Positions 26,551-36,248 of a stretch of DNA of 64,000 nt are shown in pieces. The translations under genes and the position numbers were made by a program. The notes under the pieces are model-generated. The model was given only the letters and a program-made list of their open reading frames with translations. It was not told where the DNA came from and ran no database searches. How positions within the stretch are numbered: the first letter of the stretch is position 1; each line of letters begins with the position of its first letter. Source of the stretch: Desulfobacteraceae bacterium (lineage in GTDB: Bacteria > Desulfobacterota > Desulfobacteria > Desulfobacterales > JAABTS01); the NCBI GenBank assembly GCA_011389735.1, contig JAABTS010000005.1:4338-68337 (forward strand). Direction: 5' to 3'.

Positions 26551-26616
26551 ATAGCCTTCCGGGAATCATCTTTCACTATGTTGTCGCCTTGTGAAATTTA
26601 ATTTCTGCAGGCCTGT
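26551..26616 (-). repeat. REP-A copy (compact, core deleted)
   Basis: ATAGCCTTCCGGGAATCATCTTTCACTATGTTGTCGCCTTGTGAAATTTAATTTCTGCAGGCCTGT. Confidence 0.7.
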
Positions 26617-26620
26617 ATCA

Positions 26621-27649
26621 ATGTTCGTTAATGGGAGTTCCGGGTTGAAGCGATTTTTTATAGCGGGGTGTATTTTCTTTTTGATTGGGGCGTCTGTGTC
26701 GGCGTTTGTTTTTTATGATCTTAAGCGGTATGCAAGTACTGCGGTCATTCATCAAGGGGTTCCGATCGATGTTAAGATCGAGCAGGGCGACCGTTTTCAT
26801 CATGTGAGCGATAAGCTGTATCGATTGGGGATCATTCGCCATCCACTGAAATTCAAGCTGCTGGCGATGTTTCAAGGCAAGGATAAAAGAATTCAGGCCG
26901 GAGAATACCGGTTATCCGCCGCCATGGTTCCGGAAGAAATTCTCGATATCCTTGTCAAAGGTAAAGTGGCTCTGGTGAAATTCACTGTTCCGGAAGGATA
27001 TACTCTGGCGCAAATCGGAAATCTTTTCGAAAAAAAAGGATTCGGCAAGGCTGAAACATTTATACGGACGGCTTCGGCTCCCGAATATGTCCGTGCAAAA
27101 GGAATTGACGCCGACACCCTTGAAGGATATTTATTTCCGGACACGTATTATTTTCCGAAAACAGCGGCGGCGGACACCGTTATCACCAAAATGGTCGAAG
27201 AATTCAAGACCTTGATAACTCCGGAGGTTCTAGAAAGATCGGAAGCGCTTGGATTTACCGTTCATGAGATTGTCACGCTGGCGTCCATTGTGGAAAAAGA
27301 GACCGGGGATGCGGCTGAGCGTCCGGTGATCGCATCGGTCTTTCATAACCGGATCAAGCGGAATATGCGGCTCGACAGCGACCCCACCGTGATTTACGGC
27401 ATAAAAAATTTCGACGGAAACATTACAAAAAAGCATTTATTGACCAAAACGCCCTATAATACATACCGGATTAGCGGGCTTCCGCCGGGCCCCATTGCAA
27501 ATCCGGGCGAAAAAGCGATCGAGGCCGTATTGTATCCGGCGGACACGCCGTATTTGTTTTTTGTTTCGAAAAAAGACAAGACACATAAATTTTCCACCAA
27601 TATCGACGATCATAACAGGGCCGTCAGAAAATACCAGATTGACAATTAA
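26621..27649 (+). CDS. mltG: endolytic murein transglycosylase MltG (YceG family)
   Basis: YceG motifs (LASIVEKET, FHNRIKRNMRLDSDPTVIYG, YNTYRISGLPPGPIANPG). The track GTG start 26591 lies inside a REP-A copy, so the ATG at 26621 is preferred. Confidence 0.85.
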   Translation: MFVNGSSGLKRFFIAGCIFFLIGASVSAFVFYDLKRYASTAVIHQGVPIDVKIEQGDRFHHVSDKLYRLGIIRHPLKFKLLAMFQGKDKRIQAGEYRLSAAMVPEEILDILVKGKVALVKFTVPEGYTLAQIGNLFEKKGFGKAETFIRTASAPEYVRAKGIDADTLEGYLFPDTYYFPKTAAADTVITKMVEEFKTLITPEVLERSEALGFTVHEIVTLASIVEKETGDAAERPVIASVFHNRIKRNMRLDSDPTVIYGIKNFDGNITKKHLLTKTPYNTYRISGLPPGPIANPGEKAIEAVLYPADTPYLFFVSKKDKTHKFSTNIDDHNRAVRKYQIDN

Positions 27650-27681
27650 CACGGCCCGGCGCGATCGAGAATGGAATCTAA

Positions 27682-28692
27682 TTGAAAGAACCCGCCTTAT
27701 CGGATGAACAACTCGCCGGTCAACTTTTAATGGCCGGATTTCACGGAACGGAATTGAATTCCGGGCTCAAATTTTTTATCGATACGCTTCATATCGGCGG
27801 CGTGATCCTTTTTTCAAGAAATGTTGAATCCCCGGGGCAGTTACGGAGGTTATGCCGGTCTATTCAGGATTACGCGACAGGGAAAACGGGTTCGCCGTTG
27901 TTGATCGCGATTGACCAGGAAGGCGGCCGGGTCGCCCGGCTTCGGGCTCCGTTCACCGAATTTCCGGGGAACCCTTCGATGAGAGGGATCGAAGATGTAA
28001 AGCGGTTTGTGGAAATCACATCCAGGGAGCTTAAAACCGCCGGCGTTAACATGAATCTGGTTCCCGTGCTGGATGTGGCGCCCGGAGGGATCGACAGCGT
28101 TATGGCGGAAAGGGCTTTCGGCGCGGATCCCGCCTGGGCGTCGAAAATGGGATCTGAAATGATCCGGGGATATCAAGACCGGGGCGTCATTCCATGCGCC
28201 AAACATTTTCCGGGTATCGGGCGAACATCATTGGATTCCCACGAGGTAACGCCGTTCTCCGATCTTTCTTTGGAGGAACTTGAGAATTTCGAACTCGTCC
28301 CTTTCAAATCGGCGATAGCTCAAAACGTGGATTCCATCATGCTATCCCATGTGGTTTACCGCAAAATCGATCCGGATTGGCCGGCGAGTCTTTCCGTGGC
28401 CGTGTCATCCGGGCTTTTGAGAAAGCGGCTTGGATTTCAAGGCGTTATCCTTACCGACGATATCGAGATGGGCGCGATTAAGAAGCGGTTTGACATGAAC
28501 GTCGTTGTTCATCAATTCTTAATATCCGAAGCCGATATAATGCTTGTATGCCATGATCGATCTCTTGTGGAAAGCGTGTTCGGCGATATTGTGAAAGCGG
28601 CGAAAGACGATCCCGGTATTAAAGAAAAAATGGCGGCGTCCGTCAATCGAATTCGCCGTTTGAAAAAAATTCCACCGGCGCTGTTTGTATAG
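27682..28692 (+). CDS. nagZ: beta-N-acetylhexosaminidase NagZ (GH3)
   Basis: 336 aa, TTG start. GH3 motifs AGQLLMAGF, IDQEGGRV, KHFPGIGRTSLDSH, GVILTDDIEM. Confidence 0.85.
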   Translation: MKEPALSDEQLAGQLLMAGFHGTELNSGLKFFIDTLHIGGVILFSRNVESPGQLRRLCRSIQDYATGKTGSPLLIAIDQEGGRVARLRAPFTEFPGNPSMRGIEDVKRFVEITSRELKTAGVNMNLVPVLDVAPGGIDSVMAERAFGADPAWASKMGSEMIRGYQDRGVIPCAKHFPGIGRTSLDSHEVTPFSDLSLEELENFELVPFKSAIAQNVDSIMLSHVVYRKIDPDWPASLSVAVSSGLLRKRLGFQGVILTDDIEMGAIKKRFDMNVVVHQFLISEADIMLVCHDRSLVESVFGDIVKAAKDDPGIKEKMAASVNRIRRLKKIPPALFV

Positions 28693-28943
28693 CCTTTCAG
28701 AAATCGAATTTCACTGAGCCGCCGGCCCGGGATATAAGAATAGCAGGGCCTGGTTTTTAATTTAGGCCATTTTAATAAAACCACGAAATAAACGAAACGC
28801 ACGAAAAAATTTCATCTGTATTTTTGTTTATTTAGTGTATTTCGTGGTAGTATCCAAAAACATAATCGGCCGGTTTTTGAACCAACCCCGAATAGTATGA
28901 TCCCGGGAACGCCGTCTTGTGAAATTCAATTTCCGAAACCTGT
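28689..28943 (-). repeat. REP-A copy interrupted by a 152-bp insertion (repeat family B)
   Basis: Left part 28689-28743 and right part 28896-28943 join into a normal REP-A. The insert is bounded by GAATAG on both sides (28738-43 and 28890-95). Confidence 0.75.
28744..28895 (+). mobile_element. repeat family B copy inserted in REP-A; MITE-like, flanked by GAATAG duplication
   Basis: The host REP-A sequence is continuous once 28744-28895 is removed. Imperfect terminal inverted repeats (CAGGGCCTGGTTTTTAA vs the reverse complement CGGGGTTGGTTCAAAAA). No coding capacity. Confidence 0.55.
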
Positions 28944-29146
28944 TAGGGAAGTTACTGGAAATAAACTACCCAATATTGCGCTGAATTTTGGTTCGTATTC
29001 CGTGTTGTGTCAAGAGCGTGCATATTGAAATATTCACCTCTTGACGCAATACGGAATACGGGCCAAAAGGCAAGCAAGAGGGGTAGTTTATTTTCTGTGA
29101 CTTCCCTTATAATATATGGACGATTTAAAAGCACCGAGGTGAAGCC

Positions 29147-31426
29147 ATGAAAAAATTGAAACAATGGGTTCCTATAATCGCCGCCGTTATTATCGCTTTT
29201 GGTTCTATCAGCCTATACACCACGTCCAGCCGGCGGGATACGTTATTCAATCAACTGGAACTCAAGACAATTGATTTCCGTTTTCTACGGAGAGGGGAGA
29301 CGCCGCCGGGCGATGAAGTCATTCTGGCGGTTGTAGATGAAAAAAGCCTTGCAAAAGAGGGAAAATGGGTGTGGCCGAGGTCGAAGTTCGCCCGGCTCAT
29401 AGACATTCTTTCCGAAGAAGGGGCGTCCGTTATCGCGTTTGATATCGTTTTCGCCGAACCGGACAAAAACGACGATATTGTCATGAACGCCCTGGATCAG
29501 GTCGAAAATCACTATCTTGAACAAAAAAACGATGAAAACGGTTTTATCGATTACCTGAAACAACTGAAAAAGCGGGAAAATAACGACGAATTGCTTGCGG
29601 AGGCGATTCAGAATTCAAAAGCGGACATTGTGCTGGGGTATTATTTTGAGATGGAGGAACAGTCTTTTTTTGAACAGCATGAAATGGACGCGATGATTGA
29701 AAGAATCCAAAGTTCGAGGTACCGGGCGCCGCGTTGCCCTCCCGGAATGGAACCCGAACAGGTCATCAAAAAGGCCGTTGAAGCAGCGGCTTTCCCTCAA
29801 TCCAATATCAAGGCCATTTCAAATGCAAGCGAATACGCCGGTTTTTTTAATATGGCGCCGGACAAAGACGGTTCCGTGCGAAGAATGCCGTCTGTTTTTC
29901 GGTGTAGGGATTATATTTATCCGCCATTGTCATTGGTCGCCCTGAGCCGGTATATAAATTTTTCCATCAATATCAATTTCGTAAAAAACGAAATCGGCGA
30001 TCCCGTGGTCAACAATCTCGTAATAGGCGATAAAATGATCAAAACAACCCCCCGAGGCGAATTTTTTATCAATTACCGCGGCCCCTCCAAAACATTCAAG
30101 CACGTTTCCATTACGGACATTCTGCACCGGAATTTTTCGGAAGGCGTCTTCAAGGACAAAATCGTCATTGTGGGGGCCACGGCCATCGGAATATACGATG
30201 TCCGGGTGACGCCGTTCGAGGAGCTGTTTCCGGGAATGGAAGTTCACGCCAACATTATCGATATGATCCTTTCCGAAAACTTTTTAGGGGAACCGGACTG
30301 GCATGACTGGTTTATATGGGGGGTCATATTTTTCGCGGCGCTGGCGCTGGGCTTTCTACTGCCTCGAATCGGCGCAGTTCAGGGCGCGATAATGCCGGCC
30401 TGCTTGCTTTTCGGATACGCTTATCTCAGCCAATACCTGTTCAACCAGGGAATCGTGGTTAACACGGTATACCCTTTATTTTCCATACTGTTCACTTACT
30501 TCATCGTCACCATATATGTATATTTCACCGAATCCCGAAAAAAGATGTTCATTAAAAACGCCTTTTCGACTTACCTGGCGCCCTCCGTGGTCGACTATTT
30601 GATCGAATCGCCCGACAAGCTGGTGCTGGGGGGTGAAAACCGGGTTATCACCTCCTTTTTTTCGGACGTTCAGAATTTTACGATGATATCTGAAAAGCTG
30701 GCGCCGGAGGCGCTGGTGGAATTGCTGAACGAATTTTTGACCGAGATGACGGATATTATTCTGGAAAATAAAGGCACCGTGGATAAATTCGAAGGCGACG
30801 CCATTATTGCGTTTTTCGGGGCTCCCGTAGAACTGGAAAACCAGGCCGCTCTGGCCTGCTCGGCGGCGGTTCAAATGCAAAACCGGCTTTTTGAATTGCG
30901 CAAAAAGTGGGGCGCCGAAGGCAAACCCGAATTAAGAATGCGAGTCGGATTATACACCGGACCCGCCGTTGTCGGCAACATGGGTTCAAGAAACCGCATG
31001 GATTACACCATGATGGGCGATACGGTGAACACGGCGGCCAGGCTGGAAGGCGTAAACAAAATATACGGAACTTACATGCTGATCGGAGAAAGAACCCGTG
31101 ACGAAATAGATGAGAGCGTCTTCTTTATTCGGGAAATCGATTCCATTCTGGTGGTCGGGAAACAGAAGCCCATCGGTATTTATGAACTTGCGGGATTTCA
31201 AACGGACATCAGCGACGCGTTCAGGCGAACGGCGGAATTATATGCGGAAGGCGTGAACGCCTATAAACGCCGGGATTGGGATAAGGCTGTTTCATTGTTC
31301 AATCAGGGATTGGAACATACCCCCCACGATCCGCCTTCGAAAACCATGATCGAAAGATGTATCGAGTATAAGGCGAATCCGCCCGCTGAGGGATGGAGCG
31401 GCGTGTTTTACATGAAAACGAAATAA
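29147..31426 (+). CDS. CHASE2 sensor-domain class III adenylate/guanylate cyclase
   Basis: 759 aa. SD GAGGTGA. N-terminal TM, periplasmic CHASE2-like region and 3-4 TM helices. Cyclase core FFSDVQNFT...VDKFEGDAIIAFFGAP...GDTVNTAARLEG. TPR-like tail. Confidence 0.85.
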   Translation: MKKLKQWVPIIAAVIIAFGSISLYTTSSRRDTLFNQLELKTIDFRFLRRGETPPGDEVILAVVDEKSLAKEGKWVWPRSKFARLIDILSEEGASVIAFDIVFAEPDKNDDIVMNALDQVENHYLEQKNDENGFIDYLKQLKKRENNDELLAEAIQNSKADIVLGYYFEMEEQSFFEQHEMDAMIERIQSSRYRAPRCPPGMEPEQVIKKAVEAAAFPQSNIKAISNASEYAGFFNMAPDKDGSVRRMPSVFRCRDYIYPPLSLVALSRYINFSININFVKNEIGDPVVNNLVIGDKMIKTTPRGEFFINYRGPSKTFKHVSITDILHRNFSEGVFKDKIVIVGATAIGIYDVRVTPFEELFPGMEVHANIIDMILSENFLGEPDWHDWFIWGVIFFAALALGFLLPRIGAVQGAIMPACLLFGYAYLSQYLFNQGIVVNTVYPLFSILFTYFIVTIYVYFTESRKKMFIKNAFSTYLAPSVVDYLIESPDKLVLGGENRVITSFFSDVQNFTMISEKLAPEALVELLNEFLTEMTDIILENKGTVDKFEGDAIIAFFGAPVELENQAALACSAAVQMQNRLFELRKKWGAEGKPELRMRVGLYTGPAVVGNMGSRNRMDYTMMGDTVNTAARLEGVNKIYGTYMLIGERTRDEIDESVFFIREIDSILVVGKQKPIGIYELAGFQTDISDAFRRTAELYAEGVNAYKRRDWDKAVSLFNQGLEHTPHDPPSKTMIERCIEYKANPPAEGWSGVFYMKTK

Positions 31427-31443
31427 GAACCGACAAATTAGCG

Positions 31444-31556
31444 GCTGAACGAAAACCTCCTCACGCTCCCGGGGGATTTGCAATCCTCGTTGGACACGAG
31501 AGGAAACACGCGGGTTACAGACCCGCTCAGAGCCGTATTTTTGGACTTTTCATTAA
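31444..31556 (-). repeat. repeat family C copy (single unit)
   Basis: The reverse complement aligns with 10775-10950 (..AAATACGGCTCTGAGCGGGTCTGTAACCCGC..GAGGATTGCAAATCCCCCGGGAGCGTGAGGAGGTTTTCGTTCAG). Confidence 0.7.
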
Positions 31557-31584
31557 AGCACAGGCATCCTTCATCTGTCGGTTT

Positions 31585-31670
31585 ACACTTTTAAATCGGG
31601 ATCGCTATCGGGATCGCTATCGCTATCGAGAGCGAATTGTTTCGATCCCGATCCCGATCCCGACTTGGAA
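31585..31670. repeat. hexamer-periodic imperfect palindrome (CGGGAT/CGCTAT vs ATCCCG units)
   Basis: AATCGGGATCGCTATCGGGATCGCTATCGCTATCGAGAGCGAATTGTTTCGATCCCGATCCCGATCCCGAC, flanked by GTTTACAC...GTGTCAAC and outer GGCATCCTTCAT / ATGAAGGATGCC. Confidence 0.75.
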
Positions 31671-31726
31671 AGTGTCAACCACTTTCCTGGGTTTATGAAG
31701 GATGCCCAAGCACAAATTATTTTTTT

Positions 31727-33175
31727 TCAGGATTCCGGCGACTTTTGATGCGTTTCTTCAAATCCGACATGATTTTCAATATATTTTTTTACAAGCGCAA
31801 GGGCGGCTTTCCGGTTGCATATTTCGCCGCTGTATCGGGATTCTTCGACACGTGTCAATATCTCCTTGAACACAGGCCCGGGCCTGAGGCCGAATTCCCG
31901 GATAAGATCATGGCCGGTTAAAAGGGGCTGTGCGGATTGTATTGGCTCGTATCGTGAATAATAGTCATGAATCATTCCGGCCAGAAATTCGTGATATTTT
32001 GCGGTCGACAGAACGTCCTTTTTACCTTTGCCCAGGTGGTCCGCCAGAGCATGCAACAGAATATACGGCGTTAGTTCTCCGGCTTTCATGAAAAACCGTA
32101 CAATTCCTTTCTCCGACAAACTGTTTTGCAGGTGGGCGATATATAATAGAAGCGGTCTTATATGATTTCGAATGATCGAATAGGCCGTTTCATTTTCGAA
32201 CCTGGATAATTTCAGGCGTCCGGCGATATCTAACGACATTTCGGCGCCTGCATGGGCGTGGCCGTAAAAATGAATCCGGCCGTTCCGGTCCTTTGTTTTC
32301 GTGGTCGGCTTGCCGATGTCGTGTATTAAAACGGCGTATTTTAGCAAATATTTGCTGATTTTCAACGACCGGCCGGTGTTATAAGGAAAAAACAGCGAAA
32401 AGGTTTCGCTGTCGTTCAACAGCATCTCCAATTTTGTATAAGCGCTGATAGTGTGTTCGAATGCGTTGTACTCATGATATTCATTTTGCAGGCAGTCCTT
32501 TAATGGCGAAAGTTCCGGAAACAGGGCGAAAAGAAGGCCGACGTCGGCCATACGTTCGATATATCGCGCCGATATCGAAGTATCCATCAATCGAAACAAT
32601 TCAGCCCGTATTCTTTCTCCCGCCGGGTTTCGAATCAGATCGACGCGTCGTCGAATCGCGGACACGGTGTCCGGTTCGATATTGAAATCAAGTTCCGCTC
32701 CAATCCGGTAAGCCCTCAACAGTCTCAGCGGATCGTTCCGGAAAGCTGATTCGGAGACCATTCGAATGGTTCCGCTTTTAAGATCGTCTAAACCGGTTGT
32801 GACATCGATGATCGACCCGTCTCCGAGGTCCACGGCCATTGCATTGATTGTGAAATCGCGCCGCCGCAAATCTTCATCTATGGCGTCGCCGTTCAATGGA
32901 GTGATGTCATAAGTCGTTTCGCCGCATACGATACGATACACTGCTTGTTTTTCTTTGCCGATTTTAATAGGTACGCCGCCCTTTGCATCGGAAATCTCAT
33001 GGGCGTATCGTTTCGGATTTCCGCTGACTGCGATATCGATATCTTTGGGTTTACGGTTCAGGAGGAGATCCCGGACGGAACCGCCCACAATGAACGCGGG
33101 GCTTGTTTTGGGAAAGTCGTCTAAATCAATTGAAATCATGGAATCGTATCTGTTCATTATTGCGTTTGAATACAT
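31727..33175 (-). CDS. cca: CCA-adding enzyme / poly(A) polymerase-family nucleotidyltransferase with HD domain
   Basis: 482 aa. N-terminal VGGSVRDLLLNRKPKDIDI, RRDFTINA; HD region HDIGKP. Confidence 0.7.
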   Translation of the reverse strand: MYSNAIMNRYDSMISIDLDDFPKTSPAFIVGGSVRDLLLNRKPKDIDIAVSGNPKRYAHEISDAKGGVPIKIGKEKQAVYRIVCGETTYDITPLNGDAIDEDLRRRDFTINAMAVDLGDGSIIDVTTGLDDLKSGTIRMVSESAFRNDPLRLLRAYRIGAELDFNIEPDTVSAIRRRVDLIRNPAGERIRAELFRLMDTSISARYIERMADVGLLFALFPELSPLKDCLQNEYHEYNAFEHTISAYTKLEMLLNDSETFSLFFPYNTGRSLKISKYLLKYAVLIHDIGKPTTKTKDRNGRIHFYGHAHAGAEMSLDIAGRLKLSRFENETAYSIIRNHIRPLLLYIAHLQNSLSEKGIVRFFMKAGELTPYILLHALADHLGKGKKDVLSTAKYHEFLAGMIHDYYSRYEPIQSAQPLLTGHDLIREFGLRPGPVFKEILTRVEESRYSGEICNRKAALALVKKYIENHVGFEETHQKSPES

Positions 33176-33370
33176 GCTGTTATTAAAGTATAAAAAGGAG
33201 GCTACGGCAAAAACACACCCGTCTTGCCTGCCTTATGATTCGTATTCCGGGTATCTGCAATGGATGCGGATTTCAATATGGTTCCATTGCGGCGCCTCGA
33301 AAATGCGAACAAAAATTCGGCGCATTACGGATAGTTTGTGTCCTTTAACCACCCTGAGTCAAAGTTATAC

Positions 33371-33472
33371 AGTTTTCCGGCAATTAAATTTCACTGCGTT
33401 GTCGGCCCGGGATATACGAACAGTATTATCCCGGGCTCGCCGCTTTGTGAAATTTAATTTCTGAAAACCTGT
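33371..33472 (-). repeat. REP-A copy (full, reverse)
   Basis: ..AATTAAATTTCACTGCGTTGTCGGCCCGGGATATACGAACAGTATTATCCCGGGCTCGCCGCTTTGTGAAATTTAATTTCTGAAAACCTGT. Confidence 0.85.
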
Positions 33473-34129
33473 AAGGACAGGCGCGCCGGGTTTTTCAAGA
33501 CCTGCCGCCCTTGAAACGTTCATACAGGCGAATGAAAATCAGTATGAAAGCCTTTTCCAGGGATTGAAACGCATCCAAAACGTTATCGGCGATATCGAAA
33601 GAATCGGAACCGGATACGCCATATCGTTTTTGACCCCCGGCGAAATATCCCTTATGCCCTTTTCATACATACAAAGTCAAGCATTTTAGGCAATGTGTGT
33701 CGGTATAGTTCCTTATTCCGAAGCCTTGTAATTTGAATATTCGAAAAGCGGATCGTGTTTAGTGAACACCCGGCAATGAAAATTCCATTTTTTAAATTGG
33801 TGAAAAAAGGGAGCTGTTACAGATAAAACCCCTTGACATACCGCAAATCTTCATATAACTAAGTACGTAAATTTCGTTGTGTGGCCCGCCAAAGGGAAAA
33901 GCACATTACAGATGTGTCTTTTTTTTCATGGTACAATTTCATTCTATGGTTATAGAAAAAATCGAAACCGCCTGCCGTTGAGGATTTTTCCTTCCATGCT
34001 GTTCAGGCAGTTTAACAAGTTCAAAAAAACAAGGAGTCTTGAAGAGCAATAACAGAGAGAACCTGATACGGCCTTTCAGACATTGAATTTCAGTGTGTTA
34101 TCGGATCGAAGATAAACGAGTTGTGTTAT

Positions 34130-34233
34130 AGGTTTTCAGAAAATGGATTTCATAAGGCGGCAGGCCGGGAATCATACTATTCGTATATCCAAGGCCGACA
34201 ACACAGTGAAATTCGATTTCCGGAAAGCTGTAT
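34130..34233 (+). repeat. REP-A copy (full)
   Basis: AGGTTTTCAGAAAATGGATTTCATAAGGCGGCAGGCCGGGAATCATACTATTCGTATATCCAAGGCCGACAACACAGTGAAATTCGATTTCCGGAAAGCTGTAT. Confidence 0.85.
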
Positions 34234-34245
34234 CTCCCCTTCTAT

Positions 34246-34347
34246 AGGTTTTCAGAAAATGGATTTCACAAGGCGGCGGGCCAGGTAGAATACTGTTAAT
34301 ATATCCCAGCCCGATAACGCAGTGAAATTTAATTTCCGGAAGGCTAT
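34246..34347 (+). repeat. REP-A copy (full), tandem to the previous one
   Basis: AGGTTTTCAGAAAATGGATTTCACAAGGCGGCGGGCCAGG...TATCCCAGCCCGATAACGCAGTGAAATTTAATTTCCGGAAGGCTAT. Confidence 0.85.
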
Positions 34348-34616
34348 ATTTTTCTAAAAAACTAATATTTGAAAACCTGATTGGATCGGCGATGCAGCAT
34401 TTCTTTTCGCCGGCGAAAAAATATCCGGGTTCGTTCTTCTTCCGGCATCGGCCTGACTATACAGATTTCCATCAGATAAGAATGGCGTTTTTTCGTCAGG
34501 TTTCCGCTTTATAATTCCAGAAGCGATCAGCTTTCCGAAAATCAAAGATTAATATCGATTATGCCGAATCGATATGGATTCCAAAAAATTCATATGATCA
34601 AGTGGGGTAATGGTAG

Positions 34617-35864
34617 ATGAATATCGCTGAATTAAAAAACAAAAACATCAAAGAACTGACAAATCTGGCTAAATCTTTTAAAATTGATGGAGCTGCGGGT
34701 ATGCGCAAGCAGGATCTGATTTTCGCTATCCTTCAGTACCAGATCGAAAAGAACGGCTTGATTTACGGGGAAGGCACCCTGGAAATCCTGCCCGACGGGT
34801 TTGGATTTTTAAGAGCGCCGACATACAATTATCTTCCGGGCCCCGATGATATTTATGTGTCGCCTTCCCAGATCAGGCGTTTCAACCTGAGGACGGGAGA
34901 CACCGTATCCGGGCAGATCCGCCAGCCAAAAGAATCCGAACGGTATTTTGCGTTGTTGAAAGTCGAGGCGATCAATTTTGAAGATCCTGAAACGGCTCGG
35001 GAAAAAATCCTGTTCGATAACTTGACCCCTTTATATCCGGATAAAAAGATGAATCTGGAAAATGATCCGGAAAATTATTCCATGCGAATCATCGATCTTT
35101 TAACTCCTGTCGGATTCGGTCAGAGAGGTCTCATTGTATCGCCGCCCCGGTCGGGCAAAACCATGCTGCTCCAATTTATCGCCAACAGCATCACCACCAA
35201 TCATAAAGATATTGTTTTATTCGTGTTGTTGATCGATGAGCGTCCGGAAGAAGTGACCGACATGCAACGTTCCGTAAAAGGCGAAGTTATCAGTTCGACA
35301 TTTGACGAACCTGCGGAACGGCATGTGCAGGTTGCTGAAATGGTGATTGAAAAAGCAAAACGGCTCGTGGAACACAAAAAGCATGTCATCATATTGCTCG
35401 ACAGCATCACCCGCCTTGCAAGAGCCTATAACTCGGTTGTCCCTCCAAGCGGCAAGATTCTTTCCGGAGGCGTGGATTCCAATGCACTTCAGAGACCCAA
35501 GCGTTTTTTCGGCGCCGCAAGGAACATCGAAGAGGGCGGAAGTCTTTCGATCATCGCCACGGCGCTAATCGATACGGGCAGCCGAATGGACGAGGTCATC
35601 TTCGAAGAATTCAAGGGAACGGGCAACATGGAATTACAGCTCGACAGACGACTTTCAGATAAGAGAATATTCCCCGCGATCGATATCAAGAAATCCGGAA
35701 CCCGCAAGGAAGAACTGCTCCTTGATAAGGACGCTCTCAATCGGGTCTGGATACTTCGAAAAGTGCTGGCCTCATTGAATCCTGTCGACAGTCTCGAATT
35801 TTTACTTGAAAAAATGGACGGCACGCCTAATAATAAGACTTTCCTTGCTTCTATGAACACTTAA
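34617..35864 (+). CDS. rho: transcription termination factor Rho
   Basis: 415 aa. Rho N-terminal and CSD motifs ([24 protein letters not shown]). Walker [34 protein letters not shown]. Confidence 0.97.
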   Translation: MNIAELKNKNIKELTNLAKSFKIDGAAGMRKQDLIFAILQYQIEKNGLIYGEGTLEILPDGFGFLRAPTYNYLPGPDDIYVSPSQIRRFNLRTGDTVSGQIRQPKESERYFALLKVEAINFEDPETAREKILFDNLTPLYPDKKMNLENDPENYSMRIIDLLTPVGFGQRGLIVSPPRSGKTMLLQFIANSITTNHKDIVLFVLLIDERPEEVTDMQRSVKGEVISSTFDEPAERHVQVAEMVIEKAKRLVEHKKHVIILLDSITRLARAYNSVVPPSGKILSGGVDSNALQRPKRFFGAARNIEEGGSLSIIATALIDTGSRMDEVIFEEFKGTGNMELQLDRRLSDKRIFPAIDIKKSGTRKEELLLDKDALNRVWILRKVLASLNPVDSLEFLLEKMDGTPNNKTFLASMNT

Positions 35865-35893
35865 TTTTTTTTTAATATCGGAGGTAACAAACA

Positions 35894-36112
35894 ATGAAGA
35901 AGGGCATACATCCCAAGTATCATCAAGCGACTATTGCATGCGCCTGCGGAGCCGTACTTGAAACAGGCTCCACAAGAGAAAACGTCAAGGTGGAAATTTG
36001 TTCCCAATGTCATCCCTTTTTCACCGGAAAACAAAAACTGGTGGATACGGCCGGGCGTATTGAAAGATTTCGTAAAAAATACGAAAGATTTCAAAAAAGC
36101 GATCAACAATAA
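35894..36112 (+). CDS. rpmE: 50S ribosomal protein L31
   Basis: 72 aa, [10 protein letters not shown]...[13 protein letters not shown]. Confidence 0.95.
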   Translation: MKKGIHPKYHQATIACACGAVLETGSTRENVKVEICSQCHPFFTGKQKLVDTAGRIERFRKKYERFQKSDQQ

Positions 36113-36248
36113 AAGCCGTCCGATCGGAAAAACAGCGCCCGGTTTAGCATCAATGCTCGTGCATGAATGCAATTTATATTTTTGAACAAAATTGAAAATG
36201 GCGCTGACGGGCGGTTTAAACAGGCAGGGATGCCTGTTCTACGGGTTT

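Noticed and set aside
23617-28891. Genomic island delimited by direct repeats next to tRNA-Arg
   Set aside because: There is no integrase or mobility gene between the repeats, and the content is housekeeping (mltG, nagZ). The repeat does not include the tRNA 3' end. The distal copy is demonstrably an insertion into a REP-A element. It is kept only as a low-interest check.
32955-33464. 169-aa plus-strand ORF overlapping the cca 5' end and the upstream region
   Set aside because: The first half is antisense to cca, and the second half runs into a REP-A copy. There are no recognisable motifs.
34070-34347. Possible CRISPR array (three similar ~100-bp units in a row upstream of rho)
   Set aside because: The units are REP-A copies: ~100 bp, internally palindromic, irregularly spaced, in mixed orientation, with no unique spacers of uniform length. 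There are no cas genes in the window.
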